DNA of 63,309 nucleotides, filler included, from Octopus bimaculoides (lineage: Eukaryota): assembly GCF_001194135.2 (NCBI RefSeq). It is 5 parts of 5 records of this genome, joined end to end, with 100 filler letters (N's around TTAATTAATTAA, not from the genome) between each part and the next. Parts side by side here need not be neighbours in the genome. Positions count along the whole stretch, not along the records: positions 49,453 to 63,309 come from NC_068982.1; 4 more parts are not named here. The stretch is one strand, 5' to 3'. Both the position numbers and the translations under genes were made by a program. Under the pieces are notes generated by a model. The model saw only the letters and a program-made list of their open reading frames with translations, was not told the origin of the DNA and ran no database searches. Positions 49,712 through 61,897 of this stretch are shown here, piece by piece (position 1 is the stretch's first letter; each line of letters begins with the position of its first letter).

Positions 49712-52700
49712 AACATAATATGCTTCAACACACGAACTCACATAAAGAATCTTGCAAACCAAATCAAAAACGAAATAAAATAACGTAAAATAACATAAAT
49801 CTGATAAATGAATAAAATTAGAATTATACGAAATTCCTCCTAAAAATTTTGCTTCTAAATTATATCAACATAATTGTAATCAACATCCTCGAAAGCGTGT
49901 CTCTGCAACACCTCATAAATACGAATTTTTCAAACAGATGAGGAAACAAATTCGGGGCGAGCACCCTAACTGTAAATTACGACTTAATGAAGAGGAAAGA
50001 GCAGTAAAAACCCACAAATATTTCAAAACATTCGACAGGTATCGCGAGGGGGGGGGGGACCCTGCTGATGTCGCTAGTGAATAAATTTGCAGCGTCCTTT
50101 GTCTGTGGTATAATCTGTACTAGGATAATTTATGGGGTGCTTAATTCTGAATCCCGTCTCATTCACACCTCACCATTCAATTATTTGCAAACATGAGCCA
50201 CAAAATATTGCTCATCAGAGTCGAAAAATGACCTTTAAGTAGCGCTTACGATCAAGTAGGTATCATCAGTGGAAAGACCACAGTTTTCAAGCAATTGGTA
50301 GTGACATGGCTTTCAGAAAGTTGATATTGAATATCAATCTTGGAACACCAACTGGTAATTTTTTGTTCGTTTATGATGAATTTTAATCTGATATTAAAAA
50401 TAAATGTAAATTTAACCTAATATTTATTAACTTATCAACTACTTCACGTCGAGAAGTCTCCTACCTAGAATGAGGAGCTAATAAAACAGTTGTTTTTTTT
50501 TTTGTTCTTTTACTTTGATCCCTATTTTACTCTACTCGCCTCAAAGATATTTGATGTCTAAAACGTCTTATTATATTTTTATAATTAAAAACTATTAGGA
50601 ATTGCATTTAAAACATTAAAATATTGTGAATAATCAATTTATTGCACGTAAACTTAAGCAACAAAAGTTGACAAGACAACATGTGGTCAGGAAAACCACC
50701 GAATTCATTGTTTACACATTTTCGAAAAATCTTGTACAGAGACATTTTATTTTAAAGACCGAAAGGATTTTTTGTTGCACAGCATATTTGTATTAACACA
50801 AAGAACATTGTAGGTACAATTAACTTTTTTGAATCGTTCAGATTAATAGGTAAATTCAGCGGTATGTTGTAACAATGAACAGATGCGTTTAGTAAATCGC
50901 CACACTCACTGCCTTGTACAGCATATGTACTGGTGGTTATAATTTGGAGTTTATAAATTTGGAATAACTGCATAAGATCTCAAGACAACCAAACGAAAGT
51001 AGAGAATCCATCAGGAAATTGTTGAAATAGTTTAAGGCTATATTCATGTCAAGAACCTATTGTTGAGAATCGTGAATGTGTAAAACCTAAAACAATAAGA
51101 ATTTGTAAACAGATTAAACGTAAGAATTTGTAAATTCTTATTTTTTTAATATAACAATTTATCAAACGAAAAACTGTTTCTAGTAGTTGCAAGCATTCTT
51201 TAAAAGTAAAAAATTGTTGTAAGCCATGTGCATACAAAAAACACCCATAAAATTCCGAATAGATAAAAAAAATTTCAGAATCTTAATTTCCGGTGCTCCA
51301 GCTTGGCCGCAGTCAAATGAGTGAAACAAATTAAAGAATATTTAAAACGAGAAATCAAAAAGAATATTTCGTAAAGAAGCCTTTTTAGTTTGTGATCACA
51401 AACGGAAAGAACCCCTCCCACCCAAAAAAAACGCAGTTATGTCCCTTACATCTTCATGTACTAATACCAACTATGGCTGCTGATGACGATGATTGTAATA
51501 ATGAAGAAACTCCTTTCTGGGATTTCATCACATGGGGTAAATGTGCTCCCTTCAAATAAAAGCGACAGTGAATCAAACTAAAAGTATTATAAACAGACAC
51601 GATGAAGGACTGATAAGTACTACTACGTAAGGTATGCAGAAGAATCCATGTAATCTCAGATGATTTCAAAACCAATAGGAATCGGAGAAATTTTTTAAAA
51701 ATTTTCCATCGTAATTTTATGTAAAGATTTAACACTATCAAGTCAAAGGTTACTAATTAGATATATGGTAACGTAAATTGATCCAAGAATTCCTGCCACA
51801 TAAATTCTATCTAAGTGACTTAAAAAAAAGCAAAAACATTTTTGCATCTTACAGATCCTTGTAAAACTAACACTGAAGTCGATATCATTCCCAATGTTCG
51901 ACAAAAGAGGATTAAATAATTTTTCGTTTCATTTGTAGTTTTCAAAAGTGGTTAAACCATGATTACCTCTCCTTGAGTTTTGTAGGGATTTTAATAACAC
52001 ACAGCTTCTGGCCAGCATGTCTGGAAGAGACGTGCAATTAAGAGGAGTAGCAATCAATATTCAACACGAAACTGATGCTAATATTCTCATCAGTTTAGAT
52101 GCCACAACCAGTAATACATATATTGTACTTTTGTTGCTTCTGACTCATGGACAACTGACTTAATGAGGTTTTTCTTTTACACACTCCAAAATTTAAGATG
52201 TTTTCTTTGTCTTCTATAGCACCAAAGGAATTTTGCCTGCTTTTCATACAAATAATATATAAAGACACTATAAGTTATTGATTTTGTTTTACAAATGTTT
52301 TTAAATGTGCAGATTATAGTCATTCAAAAAATTTTCTGATAATGTATTCCTACAAGGTATTTTTCGTAACGAAAAAATACCTACTCCAGAATTAAGTCAT
52401 TCTTTTTCGCTTACTTTTACAATTTTTAGCTTTTTTTAAAAAATCAATTGGAGCTGTTTTTATTTTCCATTCATTTTGGTGGAGTTATTACAAACATGAT
52501 AATTCAGTAATTAAAGATCCAAATTAATGTACAAATTTAAAAGAAATCATTAAAGTTCATAAATCTAAAACTAAATCAATTTACAAAACGATATACACGT
52601 AAGATGCTATAAAGGGAATAGCCTAATTGGTTTGGTTCCCCAGCACCATGTTGTTTCCTCATAACTTTTTGAAAAAAAAAAAATGCCTATTTTTTTTAAA

Positions 52701-53884
52701 TGAAACTTCGCAGACAAAATTTGGAGGGTGTAGTTTGCGATTATGTCGACAATATTTTTTAAAGGTATTTTGAATCATTCCCCCTTCATCCCGACAGTGT
52801 TATGCCCCACTTGTTTTTTTCATTCCATTATATTGGATTTCTTTTCTTTGTGTTAAAATAAATCAATTAAAAAAATTTTTTTTTGTGTTTTTAAATTCGA
52901 TTGTTAAAACAATTTCTGTATCGTCACGCGCAATTTCCTTTCCGATCTGTTCGATTAACCACTGTAGATTTTTCCCCATTAACTTCCTAATTTCAACTGG
53001 ATGCACACGCGTTATATCATGTATTCCCAAAAAGAATGGAAGGGAGAGTACAGAGACTAAGCATGTCGATAGGTGGGGAACGAGGACTGAGAATCGTGTG
53101 ATATTTTCATTGTAAAGGAAGGCAACATGGAGGGAGACCAGTGAACAGCAATAAAATACAGTAAATCGGTAACGGACAATGAAAACGAATGAAGAACATC
53201 AGATTTATAGTATAGAGTTAATTTTTTTTTTTAACTCAATAATAGAAATCTAAGATGAACGGGAGAGGGTATATTTAAAACTGAATCCCATTTTTAAAAC
53301 ATTTGAATAAAACTAAAAAAAAAGAAAAAAAACCGGAAAAGAATTGCGCTGACTTTCACCTTTAATAATCGAAAAAAATGATAGACTATTTAATTTATTC
53401 GATGTTCAGATGTATATAGAGAAATGTTCGCTTAAAGAAAAGGGAAACAGTAGTTTTGGACTATAATTAGTGTCGTATTAATGAAGAAAATTTTCCTATT
53501 TTCTTGGTGGAAGATGAACCACGAGGTAGAGAAAACGAAGAGACGGGTTGAAGGAAAATTCTATTTAAAAAAAAAAACGACAGAATAATATATAGAGATA
53601 AGTGTTGGTCACAACAATTTCGATACTAACAGAAATATTTCCATGAATTATTCATTTGCTAAAATATAATTCAGAGAAATAATAGGAAGGAAAAAGTGGA
53701 GAGTGAGCGCCTGGCTGGCTAACATCACCATAATGGCTAACGTGGTTGATCAAGGCTTTTTTGATACACGGAAATTTCACAGACGATATAATGATAATTT
53801 GTGAAGAAGGAAAAGTAAAATATAGAGGTCATAGAAGGATAATTGAAGAGAAGTAAAATCTAATAGCGATCGTTTTACTCTTAC

Positions 53885-53935
53885 CTGTCTTGCTCGGGCG
53901 ACAGCATCAGCAAAAGCTGACTGAGTGGGTTCCAT
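53885..53935 (-). CDS. FUBP: Coding exon 1 of a far upstream element-binding protein (FUBP1/KHSRP/Psi family) homolog
   Basis: ATG in strong context (aaagcATGG) with an in-frame TAA two codons upstream. Encodes MEPTQSAFADAVARARQ followed by CAG|gtaaga (phase 0). Matches the family N-terminal box AFADA.QRARQ-IAAK; as I recall, vertebrate FUBP1 exon 1 also ends at RARQ. Confidence 0.85.
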
Positions 53936-54014
53936 GCTTTAAACACTGAGAATACTTCTCCTCCGCTTATACAATGGCGACTGGTCTGAGCGAAGGAGAC
54001 GGCGAATGTGGGTT

Positions 54015-54055
<41 letters not shown>

Positions 54056-54260
54056 TTTATTTTTTTTTACCCCTTACTCAACGAGAAATTTGCAAAAAAA
54101 AAAACAAGGAGGGCAAAAAAATTGGTCTTTGTTCTGTTCCGATATATTTGCTTTTTTCTATTAATATATCTCTTCTGTTCCGTGAGTAAAGAAGAGAGGA
54201 ACAGAGACCATCCAAATACGTCTGACTGACTGCTGCTGGCCAACTGATAGCGGCGACCTG
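53936..54260 (-). promoter_or_regulatory. Putative core promoter and 5' UTR of the FUBP-like gene
   Basis: Inr-like TCAGTC at 54229-54224, a CpG-enriched patch, YY1-like AATGGCG at 53973-53979, an A36 run (54052-54017) and a 16-aa uORF (54211-54161). The TSS is inferred, not observed. Confidence 0.45.
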
Positions 54261-56393
54261 TCGCTCTCTCTACATCTTCTACTCATACCACTACTCCCTC
54301 AATATGGCTGATCTGCTACCACTATGTTTTATTCATGCTTGTAGTGATGACGGGAACTAGCCGACACGACCATCACTCCTATAACCAATTACAACAAACT
54401 ATTGCACTGGCGTTATTTTTACTTTATGTACAGTCGTTGCTATTTTGTTGCCAGTGCAGCTGCTCTGAATAAAACTTTTCTTAATCGATCATCTCCTTAC
54501 CATTTTATTCGTCATGTAATAATTATCAGTCATCAAACTACTACTACTTTCTGAAACATCACTCCATATGGCGACATATATATTTCTCCCCCAGTAATTC
54601 TTCATTATATTTGTTTTAATTCCATTTTATCTTCAAAATAAGCTACATAAGGGGGGTTTTTTCTGTATAAAATTTTGTCTCCCTTCCTACTATTTCCCTA
54701 TATCATCTCTTACATTGCATTTTGCTTTACAGCGCTTAAAGCTCTCTGACCTTGGAGTTATTTTCTTCCCCAAAAGTCATTTATTATGTAGACTGTAGTA
54801 AACTTCAATTTAGAACCATTGCTATTTAGACAAAAACTAAATTTCCATTTTTTTTTTACTTCTTAATGGCTAGTACGCCGTTATTAAAATCATTATTATT
54901 ACTATAAATAAATCATTGTGTACATTTGTTGAGTTTCTTTGTGAGGAAGAAATAGGTCGCATGATACTTCAGACGTCACTGCTTACAGCTACTTGTAGAC
55001 CTCATTAAACATGTTTTCAGTGTTTCGTGAATTAGGTGATTACCTCTAAATAAACTTCTGGAAAAAAATTAAAAATCTATTTCCTCTACAGACACTTCAC
55101 TACACTAAGTAAATGGAATTTTATTAATGTAAAAAGTATCTAATATTTACATAATTTGATGCCATGGCGTAGTAGGAAATAAACAACATGGCAGCTTATT
55201 TAAGCCATAAAGACAGCTACTTTTGCGTACACACACGAACATATATATATATATATATTGTGTGTGTGTACACACGAATTTTATCAGTTTTAAACTCAAG
55301 TTTCGATATATAGTATATTAATTGTATATGGGGAATAATTGACAATTTAATATGGTAAAGTTAACATTAATGGAGTAAAATACAAAAATGAAATATTTTT
55401 CGAACGTATATAAAATACTAAACATGATCAGAGAGAAGGAAGAAATATTTAGAATTTGACCACTTTCTTCGTTTATTATGTACATAATCGTTTCTTTATT
55501 CATGATTATAATGCGAACAATTTAATCTGGTTGGACCACTAATGTGAATGACGTAAAATGCATCGTTAGGTCTATGTGGGAGACATTATACTCGTTCTAA
55601 AACTGTTCTACGAAGAAATTGTTGCAGTTCTAGCAAATTATTTTGTTTATCTTAATAGAGAATATAGACACTCATGCTACATAACTTTTTTGAGTTAGCT
55701 TATTGCATTTAATGTTAGATATAAACCGTTTTTCACTAGTGATATGACGAAAATGCCATTTTCTGTGTATTCCTATCAACTTTTTTTTAAAATATAAATA
55801 TTACTTTACACTTTAATTATTCAACCTCAAATATACTGTAGGAATGTCTTTCTAGATTCTTTTAATAGAAGGAAAAATGCTTCGCTAAAATGGTCCTACA
55901 AGACTACAGCAGATAAAACACGCATTGATTAGTGGGTGTGAGATAGACATTAGTACCCTTACAAAAAACAAATGCTGAAGCAACCCCTGGTCAATCCTCA
56001 TTGAGCAGACATTTTATGTGTTATAGTGCTTACAAAAACATATTCGTGCCTTCAAAAATGTTTCCACGTGTCAAAATTAACATCCCTGCCTCAACAGATA
56101 ATTGTGAATGATTCAATCCATTTAAAATTTCAGCAAGTGCATCGTTATCAAATAGCATATTAAACATTATGTCGACTAAGTTTATACATTACAATCGAGC
56201 CAGCACGGGAGTCTGTCGATCCACAAAATGTAGTAGCGAAATTCCCCCAAATCACATCTACTGCCTTAAAACAAGAACGAATTAGTAAAATTTAGTCCTA
56301 TGAGTATGCATGTGTATTTCTGTAAACGAGACTTTAAAACCGGAGTGCTTTGATTATAAAGCCTGCTCAATCAGAGCTGTTTTTAGTCTAAAA

Positions 56394-56642
56394 CAGCGGT
56401 TCTTAACCATTTTTTACCTATGGATTCCCTTGATGCCTATTTTGTTCTTGGACTCCCATAGCCATTCGATGTTTTAAAAAATCCTATTATATTTTTATAT
56501 TCAAATATTATTAGGAATCGTATTAAAAAATTGTTAAAATATTAATGTATTGTTGAAGTATACTCTATTTATTGCACATAATTGTTAACAAAATCTTACG
56601 TGGACCATCAAGGGTCATATGAACCCTGATTGAGAACCGCTG
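56394..56642. mobile_element. hAT-superfamily MITE
   Basis: TIRs cagcggttcttaa ... ttgagaaccgctg; 8-bp TSD gtctaaaa / gtctaaac (7 of 8 match). Confidence 0.9.
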
Positions 56643-56680
56643 GTCTAAACAATACACGCACGCACCATCTCTCTCTCTCT

Positions 56681-56712
<32 letters not shown>

Positions 56713-57414
56713 CCTACAGAATATGAAACTAATTACATATACAGAGTTGATTCGCATATTCTGCACCCAAAGAAAACAATCTTTCATATAATACACATTG
56801 GGGCAAGAAGAATCTTGATCAGTTGTCTTGAAGCAATTTCTCTTTCAAACTATCATTAAAGATTCCCATGCAGAATACTTGTGGGAGCTTACGTATTCAT
56901 ACAATATTAATTCAATATCTGTAACAGTGGCAACTTGAAACCTAACTGCAAGATACTTGAGCAGACACCACTAGCGAACCACCATAGTTTCACATGACCA
57001 GTCTTTGAATCAACCAATCTGTGAAGCTATGGCATGATATGGTTTTCTCAACTGTTCATGAATAAAACCTCTAATCCTCTGTAAAAATCCATTTGGTGTG
57101 TAGCTTAGAGTGCAGACACCTAATGCACCTCTGTTGCCATGGAGATTTGCACAGATGACTTTGTATATTTTTGGACCATATGTTGTCACACAGGTCGCCT
57201 TCTATAATTTCAGAGTAGTTTTTCTCTCTCCCAGTTGGCAGTCATTGATATTGTTCGTTGTAAATAGCCAACACCAAATTTCCTTATGTCCTGCAATAAA
57301 TATTCAGTAAAAAAAATTACAAGTTTGCTTCTGTTATTTTTCACACAGCCAACAAAATATATTTTCATTGACCAGCCCAACTTGAATGATGGCAAGCAAC
57401 CAGTGATCCTCTTT

Positions 57415-57830
57415 TACCTTTTATCTTTTTCTTGTTTCAGTCATTAGACTGTGGCAGTGCTGGAGTACATCTTGAAGAATTTTAGTTGAATGAATAAACC
57501 TCAGTCGTAATTTTCTTAAAGCCTGCTACTTATTCCATTGGTCTCTTTTGCCAAACTGCAAAGTTATGGGACATAAGCACACCTACACCAGTTGTCAAAC
57601 AGTGGCGGGGGACAAACACACACATACACATGCACACACGCACACACATGCGTGCACACAAGTACACACGCACATGACAGGCTTCTTTCAGTTTCCATCA
57701 ATCAAATCCACTTACAAGGCTTTAGTTCATGCTATAGTAGAAGACAATTGCTCAAGGTGACATGCAGTGGCACTGGACCCAGAACCATTTCATTGGAAAA
57801 CAATCTTCTTACCATACAGCCACTCCTGCA
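57415..57830 (-). mobile_element. SINE family A, diverged full-length copy
   Basis: Tail tcttgtttcagtcattagactgtggc, internal CA-rich run, head ...gcagtggcactggacccagaacc...cttaccatacagccactcctgcacct. Confidence 0.75.
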
Positions 57831-58722
57831 CCTCTATTTGCAGAAGTTTGGAATGGATGATGAGCAACATGATCAAAATGAAGGTATTTGTTAAAGTATC
57901 TGAATCTGAATCTCATTCATGAAAATGGGCTGTAGTCAGTCAATATTTTGAAATTTGGTTTCTAGGACTTCACCATTATATAAGCACTAGCTACAATAAC
58001 TATTACTTTATGTTTTTGGGGGGAGGAAGGTTCAGTCTTGCATTTTGTAGAAGGAACATAAGAGGTTGTTTCCTAAGAACATTAGCAACCAAAAGGAAAC
58101 AGTTCCATAATGATGATGATGACATTAATAACAACAGCAATACTTCAACACTATTGAGATTCCTTTTCAGTTGATATAAAACAGATTTGTCAAAGCTGTT
58201 AACAATAAAAAGTAGGTTTTATCATTGAAACTGTTAGTTAAGTGTGTATACAATAATGAAAGAAGGAATTGTAAGACTACTCAGTTCAACAGACATGTGT
58301 AACTACCTAACTGTAGATATTCTTCTATCCATACATTCATGCGTCCCAACTGTTAGATCCTACATCAAAGAATTTTAGCCAGTTCTCTCTCTTTAGTACT
58401 CAGAAAGACTCCTCTAAAGTTTTCTCTTTATCTACATCTTTACAGCAGAGTTATGCACAAATCCTCTCAGTCCCAATCAATCATAGAGTATAGCCTGAAA
58501 ATTCATGGGTACTACCTCTTCTCCTCTGACTAACAAATGAAAGCACTCAAGAACTAAAGAGATATGTTGTAGGAGAAAAACAAAGAGAATGTTGAGTGTT
58601 TTCAGGAAAATTAAAGGCACAGGTTGGCTGTGTGGTAAGAAGCTTGCTTTCCAACCATATGACCTTGGGCTGACCAAAGCCTTGTAAATGGATATAGTTT
58701 ATAGAAACTGAAAGAAGCCTGT

Positions 58723-58770
<48 letters not shown>

Positions 58771-58864
58771 GGTGCGTGACTTAGTGGTTTATTCGAAATC
58801 AAGATAAACAAAGTTCATTTNNNNNNNNNNTGCGTGACTTAGTGGTTTATTCGAAATCAAGATA

Positions 58865-59500
58865 AACAAAGTTCATTTTTAATCTAAAATATACTCTCCC
58901 TCATTTTCTACAATGCTCTTCTATCTATCTGGTAGACTTGCAAGGCTCTTCTTCCAAAATTCATTTGTCTGTGATGAAAAATATTCCTCCAGTACTGTTG
59001 TGACCTCATCTACAGAATTCATGTTTTTTCTGTTCAAATGATTTTGAAGACTATGGAATAAATAATAATCAGATGGGGCAATGTCCGGCAAACATGGTGG
59101 GTGGGGCATCGTTTCCCATTCAAACTGTTCCACCCATTGGAATGTCATCCTTGTTGTATGTGTCCAAGCATTATCCTGATGGAAGAACCCCTTTCATCTT
59201 GAAACCAAAGGTGGTTGTTTTTCTTCTAGCACTGACTTAATCTGCTCAAGCTGCTGGCTGTAGATTTTCTTTGTTATCGTTTGGTTTGGGTTTAAAAGTT
59301 CAAAGAGGACTAAACCTTTCATATCTCATCAAACAGATACCATCACCTTATGTGGGTGAAAAACTTCTTTAGCCTGGGGTGCCAGTGTTTCTCCTTTCCC
59401 TACCCACTGTCTTCAGTGCTTCACATTTTTATAGAGAACCCATTTCTCGTCACCAGTCACTATTCAGTCCAAAAATGGTTCCTTCGTGAGATGTGGCAGT
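58865..59500 (-). mobile_element. mariner transposase pseudogene, same family as 45803-46140
   Basis: EPFLD*IVTGDEKWVLYKNV...HKVMVSV...ILHQDNA...MPHPPCLPDIAPSDYYLFHSLQN...SLASLPDR*KSIVENEGEYILD. Confidence 0.9.
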
Positions 59501-59689
59501 ATCATTATTATAATATATATATATATATAAATTCAACTTATGATAAAAAACAAACAAACAAAGTTTGTTTTAGAAGCGTTGAGATGTATTGAAAGAGAGA
59601 AATAATTTTTTTTTTAATTCTTAAATGATAATGCTAATAAATAGCGTGATCAGGATAAATTATCCATACATTGCAGAAAATATGTTACC

Positions 59690-59762
59690 GGCCAGCCATG
59701 AGACTCAAACTCACATCCCTGTGATTACGCGCTAAGTGCTTTACCATTAAGCTAAACTGCCC
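59690..59762 (-). pseudogene. tRNA-derived sequence (Thr-CGT-like pseudo-tRNA or SINE head)
   Basis: 73 nt GGGCAGTTTAGCTTAATGGTAAAGC...GTGAG-TTTGAGT-CTCAT-GGCTGGCC; acceptor, D and T arms partly pair, the anticodon stem is broken and the T loop is mutated. Confidence 0.5.
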
Positions 59763-59859
59763 AGTAACAAATTCTGCATCTGGGGCACACCTATCCAAAC
59801 TGACAAGGTGGTCAAAACAAATCAACCAGGTATAATTATTAAGGACTGGGACAAAAATT

Positions 59860-60120
59860 TCTGCAGCCTGATGCATATCTCCACCCTTTCTGACTAAAAT
59901 ATCACTTCAGAAGAGGTGGAGAAACTATCAAAATACAAATATCTTGAAGCTTAAATAAGAAGGATATGGGTTTGAAAGTGAAAATAGTATCAATAATAGA
60001 TGGAGCACGAGATATAAAAAGAAATATGAATGAATAGAAACATAAAAATCTTTCCAGAGCACACAATTTTACACAGTTAAAATGTAGTCCTGCTTGGCAC
60101 AGCCTCCATCCTTCATGAGA
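59860..60120 (+). mobile_element. Highly decayed RLE LINE C-terminus
   Basis: EVEKLSKYKYLEA*IRRIW..KVKIVSIIDGA...VLLGTASILHET. Confidence 0.6.
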
Positions 60121-61700
60121 CATTTTCAATTTAATTGTGTAATTTAAGCAGTATGCACACTGTACAGAACATATACTCTCTACAATCACCACCAAAAAAC
60201 ATTAAAAAAATAGCACAATTCATGCAATCATGCACAACAGATTTCTCTAAGCAATCAAACCAGTATCACTATATTATTTATAATAATGCAACTCACATCC
60301 TGATATAATCAGCACTGTGTGTATCCCAATTTTAGAATAGATACACCACATCACTGCATGTCATAAGAAGTGACTAAAATGGTTCACATCAGGAATATAT
60401 TCAGTATAAAACATTGTTGCAGTAAAACTGTCCGACGCATGCTAGTCCAGAAATAATGTAAAATAATAATAATAATGATACTCTAACACAAAGGCCATTA
60501 TAACACTGACAATTCAAACAATTGACACTGTAACACCCACCAACACCATCTATTTCAATATTACCAACAACTTGTACAACATACACTCAACAAAGCTATC
60601 ACTCAAGAATGTAACATAACTCACGCTCTGCCGTACTCTGCACAATTTTAATCTGAAACTAAAACACACAACACTAGTCATACAGTACATACAAAACACA
60701 AATACCAACCAATATAATAAACGACTCACATTGTACATGCTCCACACAACAGACAAGACATTAAAATAACATCAGAAATAACAAAATAAATCTCACAAAA
60801 AAGTAAAAAACTGATAATGTTTTTAAACAAAATATAACATCCCCCAAAAAGATAATAATGTACATACCTCTGAAATATAATAGTGCACCTGATAGTGGAA
60901 TAGAACCTTGCATAAAACACATGATAAATAAAATAATGAAATTGCAATTATTAAAAGCAATGTGAATATTAAAATGGTGTATCAGAGATAAAAGAAAATT
61001 TGTATGGAATGCATTGTAACCACACTAGTAGTTGTAATTGTCTTCTGGAGGCAAGAGTCTTTGGCATATTGTCTTGTAAAAGAGAAAGGAAATAATCACA
61101 TAGAATTTTTTAAGAATAATAGTAAGTTTTTAAAAAAATTAAAGCCATAATAGCAGTAACAATAAGATTCAAGATATTAATAACAAATATAATTGGAATC
61201 TATTCATTAAGTTTGAAATGAGTATATCTCTTTCATCCTAATGAAATGAAAAACTGCAAGTTGCATACAATTTAATGTCACATCTAGTTATTAACTGATA
61301 TCATTTTCTTCCATTTTGAAGTTGGAATATCTTGTTGAATATTTTCTATTTCTTTAATGTTTACAGTTCAGTTGCTAGCTGCCTCATTACCCACTGTTCT
61401 CAGTCGATTTACTTCATTCTTGCAAAGTCTGGAGCTCAATAAGATATGTCAGAGACTTTGATAACAACAATGTAAAAACCAAAAAAGGTAAAATAACAAA
61501 ATGAAATTAAATCAAATAAAGCAACTTCTTCAACAGCTTTCATTCAAAAAATGATAAACGATAAAAAGAAACTTCTAAGAGTTTTAATTGAGCTAATAAC
61601 TGTATAAATAAACAAGTAAATACATATAATTCCGATGACATTTTCAGATTGGTTCAGGAGAATACATCATTATAATCACCACCAACATCAGCAATGTCAT

Positions 61701-61746
61701 CAACAACGTTTCGGCTGATATACCCTCCAGCCTTCATCAGGCGTCT
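61701..61746 (-). ncRNA. Minimal hammerhead-like motif in the Penelope 3' region
   Basis: gacgc CTGATGA A GGCTG-GAGGGTATAT-CAGCC GAAA CGTT gttg: intact core, 5-bp stem II, ACGU palindromic stem III, eroded stem I. Confidence 0.7.
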
Positions 61747-61795
61747 TGGGAAAATTTCGAACCTGGGTTCTCATTCCTAAGGTGTTTTTCGATCA

Positions 61796-61868
61796 GGTCA
61801 CTGCCTGGAATCGAACTAGGAATCTTGGGGTTAGTAGCCCGTGCTCTTAACCACTATGCTATATGCCC
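61796..61868 (-). pseudogene. tRNA-like Pol III promoter segment within the Penelope 3' region
   Basis: 73 nt with A box TAGCATAGTGG, B box GTTCGATTCC and T arm CCTAG/CCAGG; the acceptor stem pairs only partly. Confidence 0.6.
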
Positions 61869-61897
61869 GTTGGCAATTATGGAGTGAATTTTAGGGC

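Noticed and set aside
52066-52095. CTGATGA and GAAA near a 9-bp hairpin
   Set aside because: The elements are in the wrong order or strand for a hammerhead; no stems I or III.
53974-54189. Plus-strand ORF MATGLSEGDGECG...
   Set aside because: Runs into poly-T (poly-Phe) and is antisense to the better-supported FUBP-like 5' UTR; the ATGGCG may be a YY1-type motif.
58773-58878. Exact 48-bp direct repeat
   Set aside because: The two copies flank a 10-N gap, the typical signature of an unmerged contig overlap.
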